Virus record (IMG/VR): IMGVR_UViG_3300035183_000546 | Location: 1 to 61,137 of that record | DNA from: a virus | Taxonomy: Duplodnaviria > Caudoviricetes | Length of the DNA stretch: 61,137 nt | Direction: 5' to 3' (one strand) | In this document: one piece after another, positions 27,967 to 38,218 of the stretch | Layout: each line of letters begins with the position of its first letter | Numbering within the stretch: the stretch's first letter is position 1 | The notes under the pieces: model-generated | Told to the model about the DNA's origin: nothing | Seen by the model: the letters and a program-made list of their open reading frames with translations, nothing else | The model's database searches: none | Position numbers and translations under genes: made by a program

Positions 27967-29762
27967 ATTACGGTTATGGTTCACCTTATGTAAGAGTATT
28001 TTCTAGCCGCGGTGAAATATCTTTTGAGCTTAAGAGTTTTACTTATAAGTATTCGCAGGAAGAAGATGATGTAGCTCAATTGGAATTATTATCTAGTGAG
28101 GTAGATTTACCCGATAGGGCTGATTTGCAAGAGGGTAGTATTATAACTATAACTTGGGGGTATATTAATGGACCCAGTGTAACTCGGAAAGTAGTAATAC
28201 GAGATATTAAAGTAAATTTTAGCTCTGAGGGTATATCTTTAGGGCTAGTATGTACTGATAAAGCTAGTTTAGCTAAAGTAAACAATTCTAAAAAAGTACA
28301 CTCATATACTGATTTAGAAAAATTAGCTAAAGAGCTAGCTGAAAAAAATGGGCTAGTTTTTAAGGGTATAAGTCGCTTAGTTGATGAAAATACTCTTGAA
28401 ATAGATTCTGAAAAAAATTTAGTTACATTTAACACTTATTTTACGCCCTCGGGGGATATAGCAAAGGGGGTAGCACCGGATGCAGTAGTAAAAATCCCTT
28501 TTAAAGCTTATGTTTCCATACCTCAAGCAAGTAGGTCAGATTTTCAACTACTCCGCTATATGGCTAATAATGAACCTGGGGGACCCTATGAAGTAACGGG
28601 TAGGGATGAAGAATTAATAGTACGGAAAAGAGCTTTGAATTTAAAAGCTAAAAAAGCTTTTACCTACAAAGGAGAGCCAGGTAACTTAATAGAATTTACT
28701 CCTGAAAGTAAAAACTTAACTAAAAAATCAGAATCTGTAAATAGCATTGTAAGTGGGTTTGATCCTGAACTTAAAGCGGCTTTTGAAGCTTACGCAAATG
28801 AAACAACTACTAAAGTACCAAAAGTGGGCGGAGATATTGTTGATAGCCCCCTTAATACTGCTAATTTTGGAACTACTCTAAATAGAGTTTTAACGGGCGC
28901 AGCTGCAGGGGCTGCAGGAGGTAGTATATTCCCCGCAGTGGGTACTGCTACTGGAGCTTTAACTGGTGCAACTGTGGGGTTAATTTGGGGTTTAGCTGAA
29001 GAGTTCAGAGATATCGCAACTTCGGATCCCTCCCCGTTTACCCCCCGTGATTCAGCTCAAGAAGTCGTGTTCGGAGCTACTCGTGAAAAAGTAGAAAGAA
29101 TGCTAAATACAAGGGGTTATGTTGAAAAGCTTAAATCAGATCTTCCCAAAAACGTAGAGCAAGATACTCAACAAGTCACTGAGTATAAACACGAAGGGGG
29201 TGTGGGAGTAACGCCCCATGGTTTATTACCCTACAGAGTATTTTCTACTAGTTCGCCCTATTTTTTTAAACCCGATGCTAATACTTCAACTGCTGTAGAT
29301 AATACTCGAGTAGTAAGACTTATTCGAGATACCCCATATGATTATTCTTCTCATAAGGTTACTGTAGAATCTAACCCTAAAGATGCTCAAGCTGAAGCAG
29401 CTAATAGGCAAGCTGAAGCAGCTTTAGAAAAAAACCCAGCTTCAGCTACAGTAGTGGGGGATATTAGTTTGCGTTCAGGAGAAGTTTATTCTTTTTTGAA
29501 TGTATCTAAAAAGTATAGCGGTAACTATTATTGTATAGAATGTGTTCATACTTTGGATAATTCTAAAGGTTTTATAATAACTATGCAGTTGAGGAGAAAC
29601 AGCACGGGTAAAATTCCTGGATTAACGCCAGATAAGAAAGTAGTAACAGATATTAATCCAGTTATAGATAGCCCGAATAAGCAAGTTGCACCCGATGGGG
29701 AAATCGGGATTGAAGATTTATCCATAGTAGATGGTAGTACTTATAAAGAACCTATTGGATGA
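27963..29762 (+). CDS. baseplate hub protein (gpD/gp27-like)
   Basis: ITWGYING, SDFQLL, GDISLRSG, KKYSGNYY..ECVHTLD. Confidence 0.82.
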   Translation: MNYGYGSPYVRVFSSRGEISFELKSFTYKYSQEEDDVAQLELLSSEVDLPDRADLQEGSIITITWGYINGPSVTRKVVIRDIKVNFSSEGISLGLVCTDKASLAKVNNSKKVHSYTDLEKLAKELAEKNGLVFKGISRLVDENTLEIDSEKNLVTFNTYFTPSGDIAKGVAPDAVVKIPFKAYVSIPQASRSDFQLLRYMANNEPGGPYEVTGRDEELIVRKRALNLKAKKAFTYKGEPGNLIEFTPESKNLTKKSESVNSIVSGFDPELKAAFEAYANETTTKVPKVGGDIVDSPLNTANFGTTLNRVLTGAAAGAAGGSIFPAVGTATGALTGATVGLIWGLAEEFRDIATSDPSPFTPRDSAQEVVFGATREKVERMLNTRGYVEKLKSDLPKNVEQDTQQVTEYKHEGGVGVTPHGLLPYRVFSTSSPYFFKPDANTSTAVDNTRVVRLIRDTPYDYSSHKVTVESNPKDAQAEAANRQAEAALEKNPASATVVGDISLRSGEVYSFLNVSKKYSGNYYCIECVHTLDNSKGFIITMQLRRNSTGKIPGLTPDKKVVTDINPVIDSPNKQVAPDGEIGIEDLSIVDGSTYKEPIG

Positions 29763-30463
29763 ACCCCATATTAAAAATACTCAGTACAGTAGTTTTTTCT
29801 GGGATAGAAGTAGCTTTTAAAAGATACTACTCAATGTATCGGGGTTTCGTTGTAGATAACCAAGATCCAGAGGGCTATGGTAGGATTAAATTAAAAGTAC
29901 CCCAGGTTTATGGTGATGATATCTATGACTACTGGGCCTGGCCCAGAAATGTTTTCTCGGGGCCTAATTATGGTTTACAGCTTATACCACCTATAAAGAG
30001 TATGGTATGGGTAGAGTTTGAAATGGGGGATCCCAGAAAACCAGTTTGGTCTCATGGGCATTTTGGTAAGGGTGAAAAACCCCCGAGTTTGAAAGATTTT
30101 AAAGTAATTTGGTTTAAGTCCCCCATTAAAGGCCATTTACTGAGGATAGACGAGGGAGATAGTAATTTTATAGAAATCCATCATGCTGATGGCTTAAAAG
30201 TAAGGATAGAACCTACCCAAGTATTTATAGGTAAAGATATCACTAAGCTTCAACCCGCGGTTTTAGGGGATGAATTAGCTACTCAAGTAAATAAAGAAAA
30301 GGCTAGAGTAGACAAGATTATTGATGCTATAACTAATGCTATTCCTACTGCGGGAGCTTCGGATGGTGGCTCAGGATTACACAGCAGCATGAAAGCTTTA
30401 TTGGGTAACCCCGAACCCCCGGACTACAGTAGCATACTATCAAATAACGTAAAAATAGATTAG
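29759..30463 (+). CDS. baseplate spike (gpV/gp5 OB-fold)
   Basis: YRGFVVDNQDPEGYGRIKLKVP, PPIKSMVWVEFEMGDPRKPVW. Confidence 0.9.
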   Translation: MNPILKILSTVVFSGIEVAFKRYYSMYRGFVVDNQDPEGYGRIKLKVPQVYGDDIYDYWAWPRNVFSGPNYGLQLIPPIKSMVWVEFEMGDPRKPVWSHGHFGKGEKPPSLKDFKVIWFKSPIKGHLLRIDEGDSNFIEIHHADGLKVRIEPTQVFIGKDITKLQPAVLGDELATQVNKEKARVDKIIDAITNAIPTAGASDGGSGLHSSMKALLGNPEPPDYSSILSNNVKID

Positions 30464-30466
30464 TTT

Positions 30467-30847
30467 ATGGTAATAGGTAAAGGGTTAGTATTTCCCATAC
30501 AGCTTACTCCTGAGGGTAGGCCTCCTATATCTTCAGATTTAACCTTGCTAGATAGTTCTATTCGTATAATTTTAAGTTGGTATGTGGGTACTCGGTTTTT
30601 TCTGGGGTCATTTGGTAGTGCTTTAGAACAATTATTACGAGAGCCAAAAGATGAAACTTTAGCTTCTCTAGTTAAATTCTACACTAAAGATGCAATATCT
30701 AAATGGGAAACGCGAGTAGAATTACTAGATGTAGAACTAATTAATCAGGATATATATTCATTAACTATCCATATTGCTTACAAAGTAAAATCTACGGGGA
30801 TAACTAATACACTAGTATTCCCTTACTATACTCAAATACCTTACTAA
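30467..30847 (+). CDS. baseplate wedge gp25/GPW
   Basis: SIRIIL..GTRFF...FGS.L, ISKWETRV. Confidence 0.9.
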   Translation: MVIGKGLVFPIQLTPEGRPPISSDLTLLDSSIRIILSWYVGTRFFLGSFGSALEQLLREPKDETLASLVKFYTKDAISKWETRVELLDVELINQDIYSLTIHIAYKVKSTGITNTLVFPYYTQIPY

Positions 30848-30848
30848 T

Positions 30849-32531
30849 ATGCCCGTACAAAATCCTTGGGTAGGTTATTTAGATAGATCCTACCAGCAAA
30901 TAAAGGCTTCTTTACTAAACCGGTTGGGCATACATGTGCCCGAAGTAACCGATCATAGTTCGAGTAATATCTTGGTGATTATTTTGGAAATGTTTGCGGG
31001 AGTAGCTGAAATGCTGGGTTTATATATAGATAATATGTGCCGAGAAGCTTTTTTAGCTACAGCTCGTAGATTTAGCTCTGTTGTAAGATTAACTAAATTA
31101 TTAGATTACAGGATAAAAGCTTGTACTCCGGCTTCAACAGATTTAGTATTAACCTTTGATACTCCAGCTACAGGTATAGGGATTATACCCCTAAATACTA
31201 TGTTTCAGTCATTAAATGGTTTAGTATTCCGGACACTTAAAACTTATATAGTTAATCCGGGTGATACGAGTATAGTTATAGGAGTATCAGAGCTTTCACC
31301 AGTAAGTAATGTAAGCTTAGGTGTTACTACGGGATTACCCAATCAAGCTTTTAGCTTGCCCTCCAATTATGTTCATGATAGTATTACTGTATCTATAAAC
31401 CTAGATTTATGGTTACGGGTTAATTCTTTGGGTTTATCTAAACCTTTTGATAAACATTACGTAGTAGAAATTGATGTAGATGGTGTAGCTTACTTAAAAT
31501 TCGGCGATGGTCAAAATGGGGCAATCCCTCCAATAGGCAATACTGTGGTAGCTAATTTTTATACTACTCTGGGCGAGGGTGGTAACCTAGATAAAAACTT
31601 AATTACCCAAGCTATTAGCCCCATTAATATACCCGGAGTTAGTAATATCTCTATTACTAATCCCAATCCCGCTACAGGGGGTTCTTCTTTTGAAACCATC
31701 GAGCGTATAAGAGTATCAGCTCCTCTAAGCATACGTACTTTGGACAGGGCAGTAACTCGTCAGGATTATATTGATATAGCAAAATTAGCCCCGGGAGTGG
31801 GTAAGGCTGCTGTATATTTTGAATGTGGTAAAGATTTCGATATTTATATAGTACCCATTGGCGGGGGTATAGCTAATACCCCTCTTTTGGACAGCACTCA
31901 GCAATGGATGGATGGGCGGAAAATGATTACTACTTTTATTAGTGTACTACCAGCTGGGCCTACAAGAATACATGCTAAAATAGTGGCTACTGTAAAATTC
32001 AGGCAAGATCCTATATTAGCTTTACAAGATATTAAAGATGCTCTGAGTTTTTGGTTTTCTTACCAGAATCAGGATATTAATAAACGTATAAGGGTATCAG
32101 ATTTATACGCTTTGATAGATAACTTAGCTAGAGTGGATTTTTTAGAGTTAAGCGAATTGTATACTATACCCTATGCAAAGCCCCGAGGCCATACAAATCA
32201 ACTAGTATGGCAGCGTAAAACTTTACCCGCTTCAAATAGCCGTACAGTTTGGAAATTAGAATATGTATTGGTGGGTGCAACGCCTAGCATGCGTATTATT
32301 AAATCGGGTTTATATTTAACTACTATACCTCTGGGCACTACGTTTACAGACCTAGAACAAACTTTTCAGTTTACTCCGGGTTTTGGTGTATACACAGTAG
32401 GGAATCAATGGGAATTTGTAGTATACCCATATAATACAGATATAGTGTTAGATGATTATACTATACCTTCTATAGATTTGGGGGATTTTGATATTGAAAT
32501 AAAAACTCAAATAACTGAGCCTGTTTACTGA
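30849..32531 (+). CDS. baseplate wedge J/gp6-like
   Basis: EAFLATARR, FGDGQNGAIP, GGSSFET, RAVTRQDY. Confidence 0.9.
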   Translation: MPVQNPWVGYLDRSYQQIKASLLNRLGIHVPEVTDHSSSNILVIILEMFAGVAEMLGLYIDNMCREAFLATARRFSSVVRLTKLLDYRIKACTPASTDLVLTFDTPATGIGIIPLNTMFQSLNGLVFRTLKTYIVNPGDTSIVIGVSELSPVSNVSLGVTTGLPNQAFSLPSNYVHDSITVSINLDLWLRVNSLGLSKPFDKHYVVEIDVDGVAYLKFGDGQNGAIPPIGNTVVANFYTTLGEGGNLDKNLITQAISPINIPGVSNISITNPNPATGGSSFETIERIRVSAPLSIRTLDRAVTRQDYIDIAKLAPGVGKAAVYFECGKDFDIYIVPIGGGIANTPLLDSTQQWMDGRKMITTFISVLPAGPTRIHAKIVATVKFRQDPILALQDIKDALSFWFSYQNQDINKRIRVSDLYALIDNLARVDFLELSELYTIPYAKPRGHTNQLVWQRKTLPASNSRTVWKLEYVLVGATPSMRIIKSGLYLTTIPLGTTFTDLEQTFQFTPGFGVYTVGNQWEFVVYPYNTDIVLDDYTIPSIDLGDFDIEIKTQITEPVY

Positions 32532-33388
32532 TGAATTTTGCTAACTTTTTCTTTAAACAATTACCTTCATTTTTTAAGCGTAATGATACTTATAAGGATA
32601 GTAGTGGAAAGGGTTTACTAGAAAGGTATTTAGAGATCTTTGGGGAAGAGTTAGATGCCGAAGTAGTACCTTTAATTGAAAACTATATTAAAAATGTAAA
32701 CCCAGAAGAAGTAATACCCAAATACCTTACGCATTTAGCTTATACTGTAGGAAATCCTCCAGATTTATTGGGAGACCCCAATAAGTATGCTAAGCTTTTA
32801 AAGCATATTCTTACTTATTACAAAGTAAAGGGTACTAAAAAGGGCTACGAAATTTTCTTTGCGCTACTGGGTTGGAACGTTACAGTAATAGAATTACCCC
32901 CTTTAGCTTATAGGTTTGATGTAGGTTTAAACCTAGATGGCAATAACAAATGGGCTACTTTTGATAGCGCTTGCCCAAAATGTTCAGATTATGAACTAAT
33001 AATATGGCCTTATAATGCGGATTGCTCAATTCCGGAAATCCCACCCATAGATTTAGCTTTAATACAGTTATTGTATTCAATTATTTATTTCAATGAGCCA
33101 ATTAATGCAACTTTAGTGGCTTTTATTATGGGTGCTTCTGTTTGTGAAGAAGCTAAATTCTGCATAGAAGAAAGAGTAGCCATATCTATTAATAGGTTTA
33201 CTAAGTTTGATCTTAATCCAGTACTCGAGCTCGATAATTTACAAACTATGGACACCTCTGAAAAAATACTTAGTTTTGAAATAAATACTACTTGTCAACC
33301 TCTACCTGACCCTGATACAGTACCTGTACTAGCTACTGAAGCTTTGGAACCGATCCTTACCGAAAATAATGATTATATAAAACCCTAA
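32531..33388 (+). CDS. baseplate protein I/gp7-like
   Basis: YLTHLAYTVG, YYKVKGTKKG. Confidence 0.8.
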   Translation: MNFANFFFKQLPSFFKRNDTYKDSSGKGLLERYLEIFGEELDAEVVPLIENYIKNVNPEEVIPKYLTHLAYTVGNPPDLLGDPNKYAKLLKHILTYYKVKGTKKGYEIFFALLGWNVTVIELPPLAYRFDVGLNLDGNNKWATFDSACPKCSDYELIIWPYNADCSIPEIPPIDLALIQLLYSIIYFNEPINATLVAFIMGASVCEEAKFCIEERVAISINRFTKFDLNPVLELDNLQTMDTSEKILSFEINTTCQPLPDPDTVPVLATEALEPILTENNDYIKP

Positions 33389-33392
33389 ATAT

Positions 33393-35117
33393 ATGCCGGC
33401 TGTTATTTCTCCTGTACCTATTTCCGCTTTGCCCATATTTAACATTAATGGTGCTATAGATACTGCTAACGCTTGGGTACCCGCGTCTCTGGGTAATACT
33501 CAAACTTATCGGGTTAACTTGGAACAATTAGCGAGTGTAACTATAAATTTAATCTATGGTGGTAAGGCAGTAGTAGCTAAGGCAGCTACTTCAGCACTAC
33601 TTCCTGCGTTTACTTATGCTAATGGTGCTGGAGGTGTGGGCGCAACGATCACTGCTAATGCTAATGGGGCTCTTCCTTTATTCCCCTTTATTACTTCTTG
33701 GGCTGTTGGGGATATAATTTTAGTAAAAAATCCAACTAAAGCCATAGCTAATGGGGTTTATCAAATAACTCAGTTAGGCTCTAGTTCAACCCCCTTTGTA
33801 TTAACTCGAGTAGCTTCAGCGGATACGGGTCCGGAAAATCATGAGTTGGTAGTATTTGTGCAGAGGGGAAGCGCAAAAGGAGTATATGTTCAGCTTACAG
33901 TAAACCCCGTAATAGGTACTGACCCCCTGGAATTTAACTCACTAAGTATTATGCAGGGAGTCTTAAAGATCTCTAGGGCTCAAGCATTAAGCGCTATGGC
34001 TAATGGTAGTCTTCGGGAAGGTAGGTTATACCATGTGTATGATATATTGCATCAAGGTGCGTATTTTAGGGCCTGGGGTACTAGTAAGCTGGAATCATGG
34101 GGTACTGCAGAATTTATAAACCCCGATTACTCAAATGTTAATGGTCAAATGTTACGCATAAATATGCCATTTTACAATGCTTCTGCAATATGGGGGGATA
34201 ATAGTTCTCAATGGTGGAATCAAATACTGATAGATTTTCCTACACCCTCCAGCAGGCAAAATAAATATGCTATCTATAATGGTTTAGCTTATAAAAATCT
34301 TACGGGTAACAACGGGGTTTCTAATCCCTCGCTGGATACTACTAACTGGGCGCTAGAACCTCGCAGTAAAACTAGCTTAGCTTATGTAGGGCAGGTGAAC
34401 ACTATAAAGTATGATATTGTGGGTGATGTACTAACTCATCGCTTGGATGAGGAACATAACTATTATGAATCGAGTTTTGGGCTAACTGATACTACTTCTA
34501 GATTTGGCGATAAACTTATATCTGGGTGTACATTTAAAGAATGCGTCCTTGATCTATTAAATACACCCAATAAATTAATTAACTGCGAAGTTAGCGAAGC
34601 GGGATTGCAATTTCTAGCTAGTGGGGGATTACTGTGGACTTCTCGCTTGGATAGAGTAACTATTACTAATAGTGGTATCATTGAGATACATACTCATGAG
34701 CTAACCATAGAATATGGACGCATCAATAATCACCCCGGTAATATATCCTTAGACAATACACTACCCAGCCAAATTATGTCTGCTGTACATATAGAATTAC
34801 CTACTACGGGTATACTTAGGTACGTAACTCATAGCGTAGATGGCTCTTTAGACTTAATCAGTCCCGCCAACGCCGGCGCTCAGCAAGTAATAATAGATAA
34901 CGGGGGTAATCCTGGAGTACTAATAACAAATATCCTGTCTTATTTTAATACCATAGTTTTAGCTCCCGCGGGCTGGAGTGTGATTACTTTAGTACATTCT
35001 TATGGTACTTTAGCTTTACCAGGAGGCGTTAACTTAACACTAAACGGGACTAACTCACAATATATTGTACTGACCCGTCACCCTCTGGGAGGCTGGGTAG
35101 CAGTAGCATGGGGATAA
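33393..35117 (+). CDS. tail fibre / receptor-binding protein
   Basis: ISALP N-terminus, GDIILVKN...NGVY...LTR fibre motif, beta-rich C-terminus. Confidence 0.72.
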   Translation: MPAVISPVPISALPIFNINGAIDTANAWVPASLGNTQTYRVNLEQLASVTINLIYGGKAVVAKAATSALLPAFTYANGAGGVGATITANANGALPLFPFITSWAVGDIILVKNPTKAIANGVYQITQLGSSSTPFVLTRVASADTGPENHELVVFVQRGSAKGVYVQLTVNPVIGTDPLEFNSLSIMQGVLKISRAQALSAMANGSLREGRLYHVYDILHQGAYFRAWGTSKLESWGTAEFINPDYSNVNGQMLRINMPFYNASAIWGDNSSQWWNQILIDFPTPSSRQNKYAIYNGLAYKNLTGNNGVSNPSLDTTNWALEPRSKTSLAYVGQVNTIKYDIVGDVLTHRLDEEHNYYESSFGLTDTTSRFGDKLISGCTFKECVLDLLNTPNKLINCEVSEAGLQFLASGGLLWTSRLDRVTITNSGIIEIHTHELTIEYGRINNHPGNISLDNTLPSQIMSAVHIELPTTGILRYVTHSVDGSLDLISPANAGAQQVIIDNGGNPGVLITNILSYFNTIVLAPAGWSVITLVHSYGTLALPGGVNLTLNGTNSQYIVLTRHPLGGWVAVAWG

Positions 35118-35141
35118 AAATCTTAAAAACAACATAAATCT

Positions 35142-35528
35142 ATGGTACAACAGATAATTAATGAACTTACTCGCATGATCAGCGAAGTGGGTATTTCTAA
35201 TTGGTTTGCAGCTTTTGTGGGTTTACTAATGCACTACTATTTGAAGTGGTTAAACGCTAAAAGTAAACCCGATTATACTTTTGGGTTTTTTTACCGAAGG
35301 TATCTGAGGGCGCTAATACCTTCAGTGCTATGCACTATTTCTTTAGTTATGGGTTTAGTGAGTCCTCTCCCTTCTACAGGGGACTACAATGAAACTATAC
35401 GCTTCGGAGCTAGTACTTTGATAGGCTACGCTAATACTTCGCTCTGGTTAAATGTTATTTCAGCTTTCCGTAATCGGAGCTTAACTATGTTTGGTTTAAA
35501 GTCTTCCAAACGTAAGGGTAAGAGTTAG
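35142..35528 (+). CDS. holin-like protein (about 3 TM)
   Basis: Three hydrophobic segments and a highly basic C-terminus (KSSKRKGKS). Confidence 0.55.
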   Translation: MVQQIINELTRMISEVGISNWFAAFVGLLMHYYLKWLNAKSKPDYTFGFFYRRYLRALIPSVLCTISLVMGLVSPLPSTGDYNETIRFGASTLIGYANTSLWLNVISAFRNRSLTMFGLKSSKRKGKS

Positions 35529-35562
35529 TAATCCTTTTAAAGGAAGTCTATTCTTATTACTT

Positions 35563-35976
35563 ATGAAACACCAAGAAGCTAAATTTAAAATAAAAGGGAG
35601 ATTGAAAATTTATAGTGTATCCTCCGATAACCAGCGTGTACTTCTAGTAGATAAGAATAATGCTATTCTTCCAAATGCTTCAGATATAGTAGCAAAATTA
35701 CTAGCAAACTATACTTGGCCAATTAGCCATATCTGGGCTTACAAAGCAAACAATCCTTTGGCTAGTGCAAGTGTAACTTATGATCCCGGAGTACCTGCTG
35801 GACAAGCTGTGTTTCGGGCTAGGTTTATTGAAAACTCTTTTAATGATGTTTTTGATGAGCTAAGATTAGCTTCAGCTAATGGCGGGGATTTTTCCCAGAT
35901 TACAGGTCTATCAGTACTCAAAGATAATACTTTGCAGTTAGAAGTTGAATGGCATATAACAGTAATACTTATTTAA
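35563..35976 (+). CDS. tail/baseplate-associated protein
   Basis: GRLKI...KNN.IL...ELRL...EVEWHI pattern typical of fibre-attachment proteins. Confidence 0.55.
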   Translation: MKHQEAKFKIKGRLKIYSVSSDNQRVLLVDKNNAILPNASDIVAKLLANYTWPISHIWAYKANNPLASASVTYDPGVPAGQAVFRARFIENSFNDVFDELRLASANGGDFSQITGLSVLKDNTLQLEVEWHITVILI

Positions 35977-35979
35977 GCT

Positions 35980-37326
35980 ATGGCTCAAATCATAAAACAC
36001 AATTATCAAGATCCTTTAAATTCATACCCTTTTAATTTACGCTTGCTCGGATTGTTGCGGGCAGGTAGGTATTGCGGTTTTGATGGGATTAATAAAATTA
36101 ATGGTACTTTAAATCTGGAGTTAACGCATACCGTAACGGGTGTATATCATACACAAGAAAATCTATCTGTGAATGGTCCCCTTGGATCATTGCTTACACA
36201 TCAGGGTATGGTTGTACATGAAGATGCTCCGGTGAGTTTGAGTATAACTTCTAATGCAGGTAATGCGTTTACACGTAAAGATCTAGTTATTTTCGAACAT
36301 GAGTACTTAAACTCGCCCGGAGGTCAAAACGGTATTTATTCAATAGTTCCGGGTTCTCCGGGTGGTCCCTCTTTACCACCCATACCTAATCCCGAAAAAC
36401 AAATTGTTATAGGTATATTAACTATTCCCGCTAATGCTACTGTAGTTGATAACGTAACCTATGAACCTGCTCAAACACCATTACCGGGAGGTCAAAATAT
36501 CATTAGTAATTTTCCCGAACTAGACGCAAGGTATGCTCGCTTAAATACTACTAATGTATTTACGAAACGTCAAAATTTCCCGGCAGCTACGGGGGTAAGC
36601 TTATCAAGCCTATTCGGAACTTTTTCAGGAGGTAAATGGACGCCTCATGATAATGCTAATTCTTTTACTTATCCCGCAGGTCAGCCCAGTATTACTATTA
36701 AAGAGATAGAAGCTACTACTAATAATAATGAAATACTATTGGTAAACCTATCGGTTAACCCAATTACGATTTCTTTAAACGCAGTTCCTTCTTTGGGGGG
36801 TTTAACTATTTTAGGTAATATGGGTACAGGAAATAAGCCTTTAGTATTGGGTACTAACGGGTGGGTAAAATTAGTACAAATCACCAATACTGGATACATA
36901 ATAACAGGTCATTCTCAAATGTTCTCAGATATTTATGAGGGTCGCAAAGCTTATGCTTTAAATCCAACTGATTTTAATGTTACCGGGGGAATTAATAGTT
37001 TAACCGGTCAGGGTTTTAAGTATAAAATTACGGGTAATATCATTGAAATACATTTTAGCTACAGTATAGTATTCAATATCGCTATAAATAACTGGGAAGT
37101 AGATATAGCTAATTTTATGCCATATAATGCGTCACATACTCAAGGACCATGGGCTATTTTTTCTAACAACCTAAACCATAATTCACCCGATACCTACATA
37201 GGGCTAAAAGGAGTTTATATTAATGGGGCTAGTAAAGTTTTAAATTTTACAGATCAAACTAATGGTATTAGTATGGGTGTATTATCTTCTAATGTAGAGG
37301 GTACTATCAGGATCGATATGGTTTAA
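35980..37326 (+). CDS. tail fibre protein
   Basis: GRYCGF, RKDLV, LDARYARL, YKITGNIIEI; last gene of the structural operon. Confidence 0.65.
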   Translation: MAQIIKHNYQDPLNSYPFNLRLLGLLRAGRYCGFDGINKINGTLNLELTHTVTGVYHTQENLSVNGPLGSLLTHQGMVVHEDAPVSLSITSNAGNAFTRKDLVIFEHEYLNSPGGQNGIYSIVPGSPGGPSLPPIPNPEKQIVIGILTIPANATVVDNVTYEPAQTPLPGGQNIISNFPELDARYARLNTTNVFTKRQNFPAATGVSLSSLFGTFSGGKWTPHDNANSFTYPAGQPSITIKEIEATTNNNEILLVNLSVNPITISLNAVPSLGGLTILGNMGTGNKPLVLGTNGWVKLVQITNTGYIITGHSQMFSDIYEGRKAYALNPTDFNVTGGINSLTGQGFKYKITGNIIEIHFSYSIVFNIAINNWEVDIANFMPYNASHTQGPWAIFSNNLNHNSPDTYIGLKGVYINGASKVLNFTDQTNGISMGVLSSNVEGTIRIDMV

Positions 37327-37329
37327 TTG

Positions 37330-38013
37330 TTATCTCTTTAGTTCGGAGTTACTAAAGTATTCTTTTGCTTCCTCTAAGCCAGCTTTGATCTCTTGCTTGA
37401 GCTTTTTCAAGTAATCAATTACTTGGGGATCATCATCCCAACCTAAGTATTCTGCTATTAAACTACAGGGTAATCCTTTTTTAATGTTTTTACCCATTTC
37501 TTTAGCTTCTCTAAGTATGTAGTCGGGAGGGTTAAGTTCTAGTTCCAGTATAAAAAAAGCGTCTCCCGATAAATTATTTTTTAAGTAATCTAAAGCTTTA
37601 CTATAGAGGTCTTCGGGATCGTTCTCTATCGGGGGTTCATAAGCAGTAGTAGTAATTACTGTACTTTCTTGAAAAGCGGGGTCATCTATATTTAACATAG
37701 TATGATGATCTTTAAACTTAGCTTGGTAGCTTGACCGCATAAGTCTATACTGGTAAGTTTCTAAAGCTCTTATTATATAACCTTTAAGATCTCCTATATT
37801 AGTTGTATCATGTTTACTTAGGTATTGGTTATACGCCCATATAAACTTTACATTAAAACAAGAAAGTATTTCTTTGTAATCTACCCCAAATTTTCTAGCA
37901 TCAATGTTAAAAGCTAATTTTTTTCTAAGGGGTTCTGTTTCGTGGAAAATGGTTTCGAAAACTCTGGCATCTAAGTTAGCCGTCATAGGCTTAAGGCGGT
38001 GGGATTCATCCAT
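37330..38013 (-). CDS. sigma-factor-like transcription regulator
   Basis: Region-2-like EPLRKKLA...GVD..EI...AY..Y...GYI..AL; region-4-like LSGDAFFIL...IAEYLG...LK.LKQEI. Confidence 0.6.
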   Translation of the reverse strand: MDESHRLKPMTANLDARVFETIFHETEPLRKKLAFNIDARKFGVDYKEILSCFNVKFIWAYNQYLSKHDTTNIGDLKGYIIRALETYQYRLMRSSYQAKFKDHHTMLNIDDPAFQESTVITTTAYEPPIENDPEDLYSKALDYLKNNLSGDAFFILELELNPPDYILREAKEMGKNIKKGLPCSLIAEYLGWDDDPQVIDYLKKLKQEIKAGLEEAKEYFSNSELKR

Positions 38014-38041
38014 AAAGTGATTTTTTTGAAGTTTAGATTTC

Positions 38042-38049
38042 CAAAATTA
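38042..38049 (-). promoter_or_regulatory. Bacteroidota-type -7 promoter element (TAATTTTG)
   Basis: Matches TAnnTTTG, 28 nt upstream of the sigma-like gene. Confidence 0.5.
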
Positions 38050-38218
38050 AAAACCTTTATATAAGGGAAATTATAAACCTTGAATATATTTATTAACATC
38101 GGGTAGGGTATAGAATTACTATTACAGGAATAGCTTTTAATTAACAATTTACTACCGATAGTTTTTAGACCTTTGTTTACGGGATTTCTATTAAGGAATA
38201 CAGTTCCACGTTTATTTT

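Noticed and set aside
21567-33388. Extracellular contractile injection system / tailocin locus
   Set aside because: The sheath, tube, LysM, gp25, spike and baseplate J genes resemble eCIS, but terminase, portal, capsid and a full replication module show a complete phage
37330-38218. Integrase/repressor lysogeny module at the strand switch
   Set aside because: The lone minus-strand gene looks sigma-like; no tyrosine or serine recombinase motifs or att-like repeats were seen
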